DNA of 64,000 bases from a virus, in the IMG/VR virus record IMGVR_UViG_3300023181_000026, positions 1-64,000 of that record. One strand, 5' to 3'. Position numbers and translations under genes: made by a program. Position 1 is the stretch's first letter; each line of letters starts with the position of its first letter. The notes below the pieces were generated by a model. The model was not told the origin of the DNA and made no database searches. It was given only the letters and a program-made list of their open reading frames with translations. Shown piece after piece: positions 1 to 8,543 of the stretch.

Positions 1-206
1 AGATATGTCGGATATAAGATATTATTTATTCACAAGAAAAGACATTGCGCAAAAAAGATTAGAAACAAAGGATAAAGCTTTACAGAAAGAAATAGACACT
101 ACAATAGAATATATGAATAGTAGATTAAAAGAAATTATATTTTATGACGAGGTTTAAATACCCCTATAAAAGCCAACTTTAATTAAATGCACTAAAAACA
201 TCAATT

Positions 207-719
207 ATGACATATAAAGATACAGGAATGTTTAATATGCCTCATAGACGTGGATGCGATACCGTTAAGTTAGTGTTCTCCGCATATGAAATTACTAAGA
301 AGCCTATAAAGTATTGGGCTAACATAGGAACCGTCAATAAAAAAGGATCTTTCTACAAAATAATATCCTTAGTTAAAAAGATAACAGGAGATTTTACAGG
401 AAATGGAATTACATATTTGGCTTACTATGGAGGGTCTAGGCTTCTATTTCCCTTTCAATTAAATTATCATGGAAATAGCTTTGAATTATGTGTTTATAAT
501 TGTTTTGGGGAAAACCCTATAGTTATAAGCAGGAAAATAAAAAGTGATAATGAAAGACTTACTAAAGAAGATGAGGAACAAATAAATGACTTTTTGCGTT
601 TACAGTACCATATTGTTTGGGATGGTTTTAATTTCATAAAAGAATATGTAAAGGAAGCTAAAAACTATACTGACGTAAGGCTAAGAATAAAGGAATTAAA
701 AGAAAAGATAAATTCATGA
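207..719 (+). CDS. hypothetical phage protein (170 aa)
   Basis: ORF track; ATGA overlap with next gene. Confidence 0.7.
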   Translation: MTYKDTGMFNMPHRRGCDTVKLVFSAYEITKKPIKYWANIGTVNKKGSFYKIISLVKKITGDFTGNGITYLAYYGGSRLLFPFQLNYHGNSFELCVYNCFGENPIVISRKIKSDNERLTKEDEEQINDFLRLQYHIVWDGFNFIKEYVKEAKNYTDVRLRIKELKEKINS

Positions 720-1048
720 AATACGGAGTAAGCATAAATAAAGAGTCTGCGGAAGGAACTTCGTTTAAAAAATGGGCGAATAAAATGTTAGAAGAATATA
801 AACTAACAGATGAATATAAAGAAGAACAAAAGATATTCCAAAGAGAGTTTATAGATTACCACATCTTAGGTAAGCCTTTATATTGGTTAGATGGTGAAGT
901 TGTAGATGATTTATTAAAGTGGCCAAAAACAGCTTTATTTACAGAAGAAATGACTTTAGAGCAGATTATAGAAAAGTGGAATCCTTCTGAAGATACGATA
1001 GCTAAAATAAAAAATATACAAGATGGAAAATCAATTTATAAGCCATAA
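716..1048 (+). CDS. hypothetical phage protein (110 aa)
   Basis: ORF track; overlaps neighbours in a co-directional array. Confidence 0.7.
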   Translation: MKYGVSINKESAEGTSFKKWANKMLEEYKLTDEYKEEQKIFQREFIDYHILGKPLYWLDGEVVDDLLKWPKTALFTEEMTLEQIIEKWNPSEDTIAKIKNIQDGKSIYKP

Positions 1049-1259
1049 AGAAGCTTACGGGCTACATTATGAAAGAATCAAAGATTTCATAAATCATGAA
1101 ACAGGTTGGTGTAAAATAACTGAAGATACAACTCCAGGAATGTGTGGGCAGACAGCAGGAAGTTATTTAATAAATTCAAACATTTACGACAAAGGAAAAT
1201 ATATGGGCTGGTCTGAATGGATGCCTAAAGAGTTATATTACGAATTAAACAATATTTAG
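1023..1259 (+). CDS. hypothetical phage protein (78 aa)
   Basis: ORF track; co-directional array. Confidence 0.65.
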   Translation: MENQFISHKEAYGLHYERIKDFINHETGWCKITEDTTPGMCGQTAGSYLINSNIYDKGKYMGWSEWMPKELYYELNNI

Positions 1260-1501
1260 ACAGATGGAAAATGAAATCATAAAAATACTTAAAGAGTATG
1301 GTTTAAGTGATTATCCAAATGCTCAACTCTGTGCTTTAGAGATTGCAGAATTAATTAATAACAATACAAAATGAAAAAATATTTATACTTACACAAATTC
1401 TTTATAGAAGAATCAAAGAGTTACATGAAAGGTACAAATAAGATTGAGTATTATACTAAATTTCCTTTTGCTTACATTAAATTTATGTATTATTCTTTTA
1501 T

Positions 1502-1954
1502 ATGAATATACCTGAAGGAGAAGATGGAGTAACTCATATAAACATTTACAGTAAGGGTAAGACTTTTTTGGGTAGGTGGCTTACGAATTTCGCTCATACA
1601 GAATTTGAATATAAGGCTATAAAGTTTGCATCGTTAGAAGCTTTCTGGTATTGGAGTCTTTGTAACGATCCATCATTATGTAAATTATATGGACATCAAG
1701 CAAAAATCGCGGGAAAAGAAATATTAAAACAGAAAGGAATACCACAGTACTTTATAAATGAAGAACTAATAAAAGAAGCAATAGACATTAAACTGAAAAC
1801 TTATCCTGAAAAGATGAGAGAATTAGCTGAAAGTACTTTAAAATTTACGCACTATTACGAATATGGGGATAAAAGAGTTGAAGCGGGATATGAGTGGGTT
1901 ACAGAACATTTTGAATTGAGGCGAAAACAATTGAAAGAATATTATAATATATGA
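1502..1954 (+). CDS. NADAR-superfamily (YbiA / T4 gp30.3-like) protein, putative ADP-ribosyl hydrolase
   Basis: motifs HINIYSKG..LGRWLTNFAHT.F and F.SLEAFWY resemble NADAR 'LSNF' and 'F.SxExxxQ' elements; recalled, not searched. Confidence 0.55.
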   Translation: MNIPEGEDGVTHINIYSKGKTFLGRWLTNFAHTEFEYKAIKFASLEAFWYWSLCNDPSLCKLYGHQAKIAGKEILKQKGIPQYFINEELIKEAIDIKLKTYPEKMRELAESTLKFTHYYEYGDKRVEAGYEWVTEHFELRRKQLKEYYNI

Positions 1955-2157
1955 AAAAATTTATAAAAAAGATTTTAGAGGAAAATGTACTACTAGAAAA
2001 GGATCAAGAAGTTTTTGACAAAGATGGTGAGTTAAAGATAATAAAGCTATATTATAATCCTCAGACTTATGATTGGACTCCTATTAAAGATTTTGCACTA
2101 AAAGGCTTGGTATTTAGCAACATCAGTCCAATTATCGAAGATGTATTAAAAACTTAA
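1951..2157 (+). CDS. hypothetical phage protein (68 aa)
   Basis: ORF track; ATGA-type overlap. Confidence 0.6.
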   Translation: MKKFIKKILEENVLLEKDQEVFDKDGELKIIKLYYNPQTYDWTPIKDFALKGLVFSNISPIIEDVLKT

Positions 2158-2354
2158 AGATAAAATATGAACAAAGGACTATGGGCACCATTAAAAAGAC
2201 CTCTTAAATTTCATTACATGACCTATAGAGATTTAATAGAATTTCATTTAAGATGGTGTAACTATGAACAAGATGACGAATTTTTTGTAGAATATTTACA
2301 TTATAAACTTTTAAAGAGGTGGGGAATTAATAAAGGAAATTAAATATATAAAAC

Positions 2355-2534
2355 ATGCCGCCGAAAAAAATAATGATTGATGGGAAAGTAAAATGCACTA
2401 CCTGTAAAGATTTTAAGGTACCAGAAGAATTTTTCAAATGTAAAAATAAAACTTTTGGAATCGAATCTTCTTGTAAAGTATGCAATACCGCAAAAAAGAA
2501 AGCTAAAAATCCACCCAAAGAAGAGAAGAATTAA
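2355..2534 (+). CDS. 59-aa CxxC...CxxC zinc-finger ORF, possibly the detached N-terminus of the downstream homing endonuclease
   Basis: hand translation MPPKKIMIDGKVKCTTCKDFKVPEEFFKCKNKTFGIESSCKVCNTAKKK...; not in track. Confidence 0.55.
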   Translation: MPPKKIMIDGKVKCTTCKDFKVPEEFFKCKNKTFGIESSCKVCNTAKKKAKNPPKEEKN

Positions 2535-2656
2535 CTCAATTAGCTACAATAGAATATAAGAATATTATTGAAAACGATACTGATAGTGAAATTTGGAGAG
2601 ATATCCCTCATTATAATGGAAAGTATCAGGCTTCAAATTTAGGGAGGGTTAGATGT

Positions 2657-3499
2657 ATGCCGATGGTTTATACAACTAAAGGTAATAAGTTCTATAAAAC
2701 AAAATTTTACCACCCTGTTCAAGTAGATGTTAGGGGCTATAAACATATTCCTTTAACTGGATTTGACGGTGTCATAATTAACAGAGGTGTCCATAGATGG
2801 GTCATGTACGCATTTCATGGAGAATCAGAATTACAAGTAGATCACATAAATGGGATAAAAGACGATAACCGATTAGAAAACCTAAGGTATTGTACACCTA
2901 GGGAGAATAATCACTATGAAAAACAACTAAATGGTCACAAATACTCATCCCCTTTAGTTGGAGCTTATTGGCAAAAGACAGCTTGGAGTAGTTATATCTC
3001 AATAAATAAAATTGAGTATTATTTAGGGATGTATGATACCGATATAGAAGCTTCATCTAAATTCCATGAAGCTTTAAAAAATTGGGAAGAAAAGGGAGAA
3101 GTTCCTCAAAAATATATTAACCCTAATAGGACAAGTCAATATGAGGGCATCGATTTTCACGGAGCGAGTCAAAAATGGAGAGTTAGATTAAAAGATTCAG
3201 GACTATATATTGGTATTTTTAACACGGAACAAAGAGCTCTGAGAGTTTTAAACATTGTAAAATACCTTATAAGCAGAAATGTTGAGTTGAATAAAGACTT
3301 AATAAAAAAGATAAGAAGAAAATACGGAAAAGATAACAGGTTTAATAGGTTAATTTTAGATAAACAAACAGGTAAAATATTTTATGGATTAACAGAGGCT
3401 TCTGCATATACAGGGCTTCCCGTAACGACACTTTATAGTCAATTAGAAGGTGTTAGGTGTAAAAATAAATCAGGCTTAGAATATATAAACTATGATTAA
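2657..3499 (+). CDS. free-standing HNH homing endonuclease: NUMOD4 + HNH + two AP2 domains + C-terminal NUMOD1-like HTH
   Basis: HRWVMYAF..VDHINGIKDDNRLENLRYCT (HNH_3); two AP2-like segments; frame open upstream to 2507 and encodes NUMOD4 motif EIWRDIPHYNGKYQASNLGRVR, so true start is upstream of 2657. Confidence 0.85.
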   Translation: MPMVYTTKGNKFYKTKFYHPVQVDVRGYKHIPLTGFDGVIINRGVHRWVMYAFHGESELQVDHINGIKDDNRLENLRYCTPRENNHYEKQLNGHKYSSPLVGAYWQKTAWSSYISINKIEYYLGMYDTDIEASSKFHEALKNWEEKGEVPQKYINPNRTSQYEGIDFHGASQKWRVRLKDSGLYIGIFNTEQRALRVLNIVKYLISRNVELNKDLIKKIRRKYGKDNRFNRLILDKQTGKIFYGLTEASAYTGLPVTTLYSQLEGVRCKNKSGLEYINYD

Positions 3500-4613
3500 A
3501 AGTTCAAAAGAATCTACGAAAGAAAGTTTCAATAGAATAAAAGATGGGCAAACAGGTGCTTATAAACCTATTAAAACAAGATATGAGCACTTTAACACTC
3601 TATCTCACGGTGGTATAACGAAACAGAAAATATACTCTCTAGGAGCATTAAGTTCTTTTGGTAAAAGTCATATCTTAAGAAATATAGAAGAGGATATATT
3701 TAATGAACAATTAAATCCAAATTCCAAAGAAGAAGTTGTACTCTGTAAAGTGGACTGGGAGATGCAAAAAGAGGAAATGATTCTGGCAAGAGTACATTCT
3801 AAAACAGGGGTGGATTATTCAGAATTAATGTTTAGTACTCCTACCGAAGATGTCAAAAATGCATTTAATGAGGTCTATCTTGAATTGAATTCAGATCATA
3901 TTTATGAGACTTTTGACACATATAAGCCAGATAACTTTTATAATGATGTAAGAGAATTTACCGATCAACATCAAGATAAAAAACAGATAGTTCTGACAAT
4001 AGACAATATAAATTTAGTAGATACTGAAAATAGCGATGAGTCCACTGCCATAGCTAAACTTATTACCCACCTTATCCGACTGAAAAGAGAAGTTAAAAAT
4101 CTTAGTATAATAATATTATGTCAATTAAACAGGCAACTGAAAGAAAGAATTAATCCTAAAGAACATTTCCCAAGGACATCCGATTTCTACTTTTCCAGTA
4201 AAATAGAGCATGCATCAGATATTCAAATTGTAGTACATAACCCTTATTTGCTGGGGATTGATTCTTACGGTGCTGTTAATTATCAACGATACGAATATTT
4301 AAGTCAATATTTAGAGGAAAAGAACAAGTATGCTGTGTTCAGGACTAAAGGGCTTACCTTTTGGCATTATGTAAAAATAAGACTTAAGAACTCCCTTAAA
4401 GATTTTAGAGACCTATACATAGAAGAGGTTTTTGAAGTCGATAAAGATGATACTGAAATAAATAAAAATGTCTCAGCCGCTCCATCATTCCCCAACTTTA
4501 ATTCCACTAGCACAATTCCTGTATTTGAAGACACTCCTGTAAAAGTAACACCTTATAGTAATTTGAAGGATGCTTTTGATAGTCCTAATAAAGAAGATCA
4601 GGAGCCGTTTTGA
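3492..4613 (+). CDS. dnaB: DnaB-like (SF4) replicative helicase
   Basis: Walker A GALSSFGKS, Walker B LTIDNINL, H3 motif IILCQLNR, SKIEHASD. Confidence 0.85.
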   Translation: MIKSSKESTKESFNRIKDGQTGAYKPIKTRYEHFNTLSHGGITKQKIYSLGALSSFGKSHILRNIEEDIFNEQLNPNSKEEVVLCKVDWEMQKEEMILARVHSKTGVDYSELMFSTPTEDVKNAFNEVYLELNSDHIYETFDTYKPDNFYNDVREFTDQHQDKKQIVLTIDNINLVDTENSDESTAIAKLITHLIRLKREVKNLSIIILCQLNRQLKERINPKEHFPRTSDFYFSSKIEHASDIQIVVHNPYLLGIDSYGAVNYQRYEYLSQYLEEKNKYAVFRTKGLTFWHYVKIRLKNSLKDFRDLYIEEVFEVDKDDTEINKNVSAAPSFPNFNSTSTIPVFEDTPVKVTPYSNLKDAFDSPNKEDQEPF

Positions 4614-4829
4614 TAAAAAGCTCGTATATTATCTACTTTGATAGTTTTAAGATCTTTATGCCTAATATTTTATCTATTTTAAAGCATATTTTATTTAGCT
4701 TTTTAGTCGATTTTTAAATGAAATGTATAATATAATTAGCCGAAAAAGGATAGTCAGTAGTAGGCAAATAACAAACCAGTGACCCTAATCCCAAAGTTGT
4801 AATAATTAGAAAGCTGTTAGGTTATTTAT

Positions 4830-4868
4830 TTCCCTTTGATTAATTAATTTTATTCAAGGGGATTTTTG
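4830..4868 (+). terminator. putative intrinsic terminator after helicase
   Basis: CCCTTTGA...TCAAGGGG hairpin followed by ATTTTTG. Confidence 0.5.
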
Positions 4869-4943
4869 TTAAAATATAGTTAATGGATATTGTTTTTCAG
4901 TTTTTTATGCGGAAATTTGCTTTAAACAAATAAAGTAAAGATC

Positions 4944-5087
4944 ATGAATACAATACATCTCATTGATGGAACATCGGTTTTAGATGTTGTTAAAATTACA
5001 TTTGGAGACCACGAAATAACAGTTCGCTCATTAACAAGCAGTGAAGATATAATAATTGAGTATGCAGATATTAATTTTATACAATAA
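4944..5087 (+). CDS. 47-aa hypothetical protein
   Basis: hand translation MNTIHLIDGTSVLDVVKITFGDHEITVRSLTSSEDIIIEYADINFIQ; ends 3 nt before next ATG. Confidence 0.55.
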   Translation: MNTIHLIDGTSVLDVVKITFGDHEITVRSLTSSEDIIIEYADINFIQ

Positions 5088-5090
5088 AAT

Positions 5091-5336
5091 ATGGGATTTA
5101 ATTATAAATGGACTTGTCCTCAAATTGATAGAGCTATAGATTATATAAGAGGGCAATTAGGTGAGAACATATATAGTATGATAGAAAATTATATAGAGGA
5201 GATTAGAGAGAGTAATTCTCATATAAGGGATGCCGCCAATAAACAAATAGATGATTTGGAAGATGAATATACAAGACAGATTGAAGCCCTCAAAGAAGAA
5301 ATACAAGACTTAATAGATAAATTAGAAAACCAATAA
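5091..5336 (+). CDS. hypothetical coiled-coil protein (81 aa)
   Basis: ORF track; heptad-rich. Confidence 0.65.
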   Translation: MGFNYKWTCPQIDRAIDYIRGQLGENIYSMIENYIEEIRESNSHIRDAANKQIDDLEDEYTRQIEALKEEIQDLIDKLENQ

Positions 5337-5339
5337 ATT

Positions 5340-5543
5340 ATGGAATGGATAAGTATAAAAGATAAGTTGCCTGAATTTAGAGTTGAAGTTCTTTGCTTTA
5401 GTGATAGAGAGAATTATACAATATACAATGTAGACACTTTAAAGGAAATAACAACAGATGAGAGTGGTGTTATAGTAGAATTTTGGAACACATCCGACGT
5501 CAGCTATTGGATGCCATTACCCGAACGCCCAAAAAATAAATAA
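5340..5543 (+). CDS. DUF551-like phage protein
   Basis: MEWISIKDKLPE...VSYWMPLPERP signature. Confidence 0.8.
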   Translation: MEWISIKDKLPEFRVEVLCFSDRENYTIYNVDTLKEITTDESGVIVEFWNTSDVSYWMPLPERPKNK

Positions 5544-5634
5544 ATTATGACAGAAGTAGCACAAGCCTATTTGTTGGGTGTGATAGTAGGTATAATATTA
5601 TCTTGGATATTTAGAAATTTAATAAAACAAGGAA

Positions 5635-5892
5635 ATGAATAAGTTACCAGAAAGCATAGAAGAAATGTTTGAAAATACGCCAGAAAATTATCGTTATTTT
5701 TCTTATGAAAGTATGGACAATTTTTGGTCAATGGACTGGTTTATAAAGAACTTTGAATTGCAAGATTTTGTGTATATTAATGACGGAACTCAGATAATTC
5801 TAGAACATCCCGATTATGAATTTAAACTACAAGTTGATGCGGGAGGTCTAGGGGATTTTTATTCTCACAGTTTTAATACACAAAAAATATGA
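5635..5892 (+). CDS. hypothetical phage protein (85 aa)
   Basis: ORF track; array. Confidence 0.65.
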   Translation: MNKLPESIEEMFENTPENYRYFSYESMDNFWSMDWFIKNFELQDFVYINDGTQIILEHPDYEFKLQVDAGGLGDFYSHSFNTQKI

Positions 5893-6113
5893 AACATTTG
5901 GAAGTACGTGACATAATTCAAAGGGTATCAGTAAATATTCACACAGATAGAAAAGAAACTGTATTATATGAAAAAGTTATAGATAGAGTCACTAAGAGAT
6001 ATGCCTTTGCAGATAACTGGAAGTTTAAAAGAGAACCTTACATGGATGATTATGAAAGAATTGACAGTTATGATTCCCATTCTATCTTTTATAAATTAAA
6101 ATTAATAAAGTAA
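5889..6113 (+). CDS. hypothetical phage protein (74 aa)
   Basis: ORF track; ATGA-type overlap. Confidence 0.65.
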   Translation: MKHLEVRDIIQRVSVNIHTDRKETVLYEKVIDRVTKRYAFADNWKFKREPYMDDYERIDSYDSHSIFYKLKLIK

Positions 6114-6176
6114 TCTCAATAATCCCGCCCGCAAAAGATTTAAACGGAATATTCACTTCAGAATTATGGAAATAAA

Positions 6177-6452
6177 ATGGTAACAAAAGAAATTAAAGTA
6201 CAAATAAGTCTTTATGATTTTAAAGAAGAAGATATAGTGAGCTACGCTAAAAATGAGTTAGGAATGTTTTCAGATTTGACAGAACTTGAAACCTCAGATT
6301 TATTAGAAGAACTGTCTTTTAGAGGTATACAAAATTTTGATATTTATGACTCTAATATTCTTTATTCCGCCGCTCTAGGAAATATATTAGCTAATCTAGA
6401 AGATATTCCAGTTGAAGAGTTTCAGAATTTAATTAAGAAATATAATTTGTAA
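6177..6452 (+). CDS. hypothetical acidic protein (91 aa)
   Basis: ORF track; array. Confidence 0.65.
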   Translation: MVTKEIKVQISLYDFKEEDIVSYAKNELGMFSDLTELETSDLLEELSFRGIQNFDIYDSNILYSAALGNILANLEDIPVEEFQNLIKKYNL

Positions 6453-6466
6453 AAGAAAGGATTTTT

Positions 6467-6703
6467 ATGGAACAAACATTTAAAATTTACGGAGGCGAAG
6501 GAGAAGTTAAATATCAAACTTCAGAAGCTAATAATGAGCTTGTAGTGGAAGCTATAATAAAGTGGTGTGAGAAATATAATGTATGGGGAGCAGAAAAGAT
6601 TCATGGAAACGATGATTGTCTTATAGAAGCTCCTTCTCTAATATCCTATATAGTAGATAATATTTTAAAGTTTGAAACAGTTAATAATGAAGATGATTTT
6701 TAA
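6467..6703 (+). CDS. hypothetical phage protein (78 aa)
   Basis: ORF track; array. Confidence 0.65.
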   Translation: MEQTFKIYGGEGEVKYQTSEANNELVVEAIIKWCEKYNVWGAEKIHGNDDCLIEAPSLISYIVDNILKFETVNNEDDF

Positions 6704-6705
6704 TT

Positions 6706-7401
6706 ATGACAGTAGAACAGTTTAAAAAAGAATATCCTCAGTACTCAAACCTACATGGCCAACAGCTTTGGGATAAAATGTATAAAGAATTACATTCTTC
6801 AGGATATAAGTTTACAAGTGATGGCATTAAAGATAATTTTCATCAGTTTACTTTAACTCAGCGTAAGGGAATGGAACCTCGAGGTGATTTCGAAGAGCCT
6901 ATGACAGGTTTAGAATCATTGCGGCGAGAAGAATACATAAGACAAGCTCAGGAAGATGACACTTATGGAGATTTATATGACACTAAAATAGAAATAGAGC
7001 ACGATGATTCTTTGCCAACGAGGCCTTTAAACACAAATAAACCAACTGAAAGCTATTCTTTTGTAATTTGGGATGGAAATAAAGATAAGTTTAAACCAGA
7101 AATGAAAAAATACGAAATTTGGATTGGATTTGTGTCAGCGTGGGGGCAAGGAGACCATGATTCAACATCACCTACAAAATTAGGAGAAGTAGAAGCAACT
7201 TCATTTAAAATAGCTTGTTGTATCTATGAACATCAAAGTGCAATAGACAGCTTAAAAGCAAGGATGGAAAGAGGTGATACATATATTGAAGATACATGGT
7301 TTGGTAAATGGGGGTATAATCCAGAAGATAATAGCACTTTCTATCTAGGTAAATACTATGAAACAGAAGAAGAGGCTTGGTCAACATTTAACAAAAAATA
7401 A
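6706..7401 (+). CDS. hypothetical protein (231 aa), possibly a fusion of two small modules (second from MKKYEIWIG)
   Basis: ORF track; internal Met followed by a compact domain-like C-terminal half. Confidence 0.7.
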   Translation: MTVEQFKKEYPQYSNLHGQQLWDKMYKELHSSGYKFTSDGIKDNFHQFTLTQRKGMEPRGDFEEPMTGLESLRREEYIRQAQEDDTYGDLYDTKIEIEHDDSLPTRPLNTNKPTESYSFVIWDGNKDKFKPEMKKYEIWIGFVSAWGQGDHDSTSPTKLGEVEATSFKIACCIYEHQSAIDSLKARMERGDTYIEDTWFGKWGYNPEDNSTFYLGKYYETEEEAWSTFNKK

Positions 7402-7402
7402 A

Positions 7403-7642
7403 ATGACAAAATATTATAAAGAGGTATTAAGACCAAAAGGAGGAGAAATAGAAACTATGTACTGGAAAGTAGATGAAACTACAACTGTAAAATTATATAA
7501 CAGCTTATCAGAATTTGGATGGGAAGTATATAGAACTGATACGGAAGACTTTGATTGGGATGAAGTAAGTGAGATAACAGGAGATAAGTTTAAAATAGCT
7601 AATAAAGAAGTCTTAGACAGAATTAATAATTTTCGAGCATGA
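7403..7642 (+). CDS. hypothetical phage protein (start reassigned to MTKYYKE)
   Basis: track ORF 7358..7642; ATG at 7403 follows previous stop directly. Confidence 0.6.
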   Translation: MTKYYKEVLRPKGGEIETMYWKVDETTTVKLYNSLSEFGWEVYRTDTEDFDWDEVSEITGDKFKIANKEVLDRINNFRA

Positions 7643-7971
7643 AAATAGAAAGAGAGATTAACGTAAAACAGACTAAAGAGCTAGATTTACCACAAGGAGA
7701 GTATTATTATAAAATAAGTGAGAATCAATCTCCTGACGATAATTATTTTCATTTATTTGTTAATGATCAAGATGAAAGTTTCAGTTGGATTAAGGTTTCT
7801 ATGAGCTATGCAGAAACTGTAATATCTAGGCGTGAGGAAGTGTTTGAACCACATTATCTTATAACTTATCATTTGTTTGGAGTTCCTGCGGCAAAAGGAG
7901 AAAATATAACTAAAGAAGAATTTCAATCAAAGCTTAAAGAAGCTATAACTTTAATAAATGGTGAACTTTAA
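7639..7971 (+). CDS. hypothetical phage protein (110 aa)
   Basis: ORF track; ATGA overlap. Confidence 0.7.
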   Translation: MKIEREINVKQTKELDLPQGEYYYKISENQSPDDNYFHLFVNDQDESFSWIKVSMSYAETVISRREEVFEPHYLITYHLFGVPAAKGENITKEEFQSKLKEAITLINGEL

Positions 7972-8124
7972 TGGAATTAACAATAAAACAAATAATTTCT
8001 AAAGAGAATATAGAGGCTAGAAGAAAAGCTGAATTAATATATTACAATTTATTCGGCGCGCCAAAAACTCATAAAGAAGTGGCAGAAAGTTTCAATATAA
8101 TACATGACATTAAATGAATAATTT

Positions 8125-8427
8125 ATGGATAACTTAATAATCTTACACTTACAAGAGCACACTGTATCCATAAATGATAAACCTGTATTCAATCATATAT
8201 TCGAAGTTTTTGAAAATCTGGGAGACTTAAAAGCATTTAAGAAATCTTATATTCCGCCCCATAAAAGTGAATACAATAAACAAAAAGTTTATAAAGATGT
8301 TTTTAAACTAGGGAACTTTACTGTTGGAATTTCTATATGTAATGAAACAGAATGGAGATGGATAAGAGGATTGACAAATATAAAAGATTCTTTTGGTAAT
8401 TATGTTTATATAGATCAAGGGTATTAA
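8125..8427 (+). CDS. hypothetical phage protein (100 aa)
   Basis: ORF track. Confidence 0.65.
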   Translation: MDNLIILHLQEHTVSINDKPVFNHIFEVFENLGDLKAFKKSYIPPHKSEYNKQKVYKDVFKLGNFTVGISICNETEWRWIRGLTNIKDSFGNYVYIDQGY

Positions 8428-8485
8428 AATGAAATATATAAATTAGCTTTTAATGTTGTACTATTATTAGCTTATATCGCGCGAA

Positions 8486-8516
8486 AAAAGAAAGCGTCAG
8501 CAAGCTATAAAAACAG
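8486..8516 (+). repeat. copy 1 of 31-bp perfect inverted repeat (AAAAGAAAGCGTCAGCAAGCTATAAAAACAG)
   Basis: exact reverse complement of 24603-24633, checked base by base. Confidence 0.95.
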
Positions 8517-8543
8517 AAAGAAAAAACAAGCTAAATCATTGAT

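Noticed and set aside
2488-2506. dnaX-type A-AAA-AAG -1 frameshift fusing the zinc finger to the HNH
   Set aside because: The -1 frame hits TAA at 2504-2506 before reaching the open endonuclease frame.
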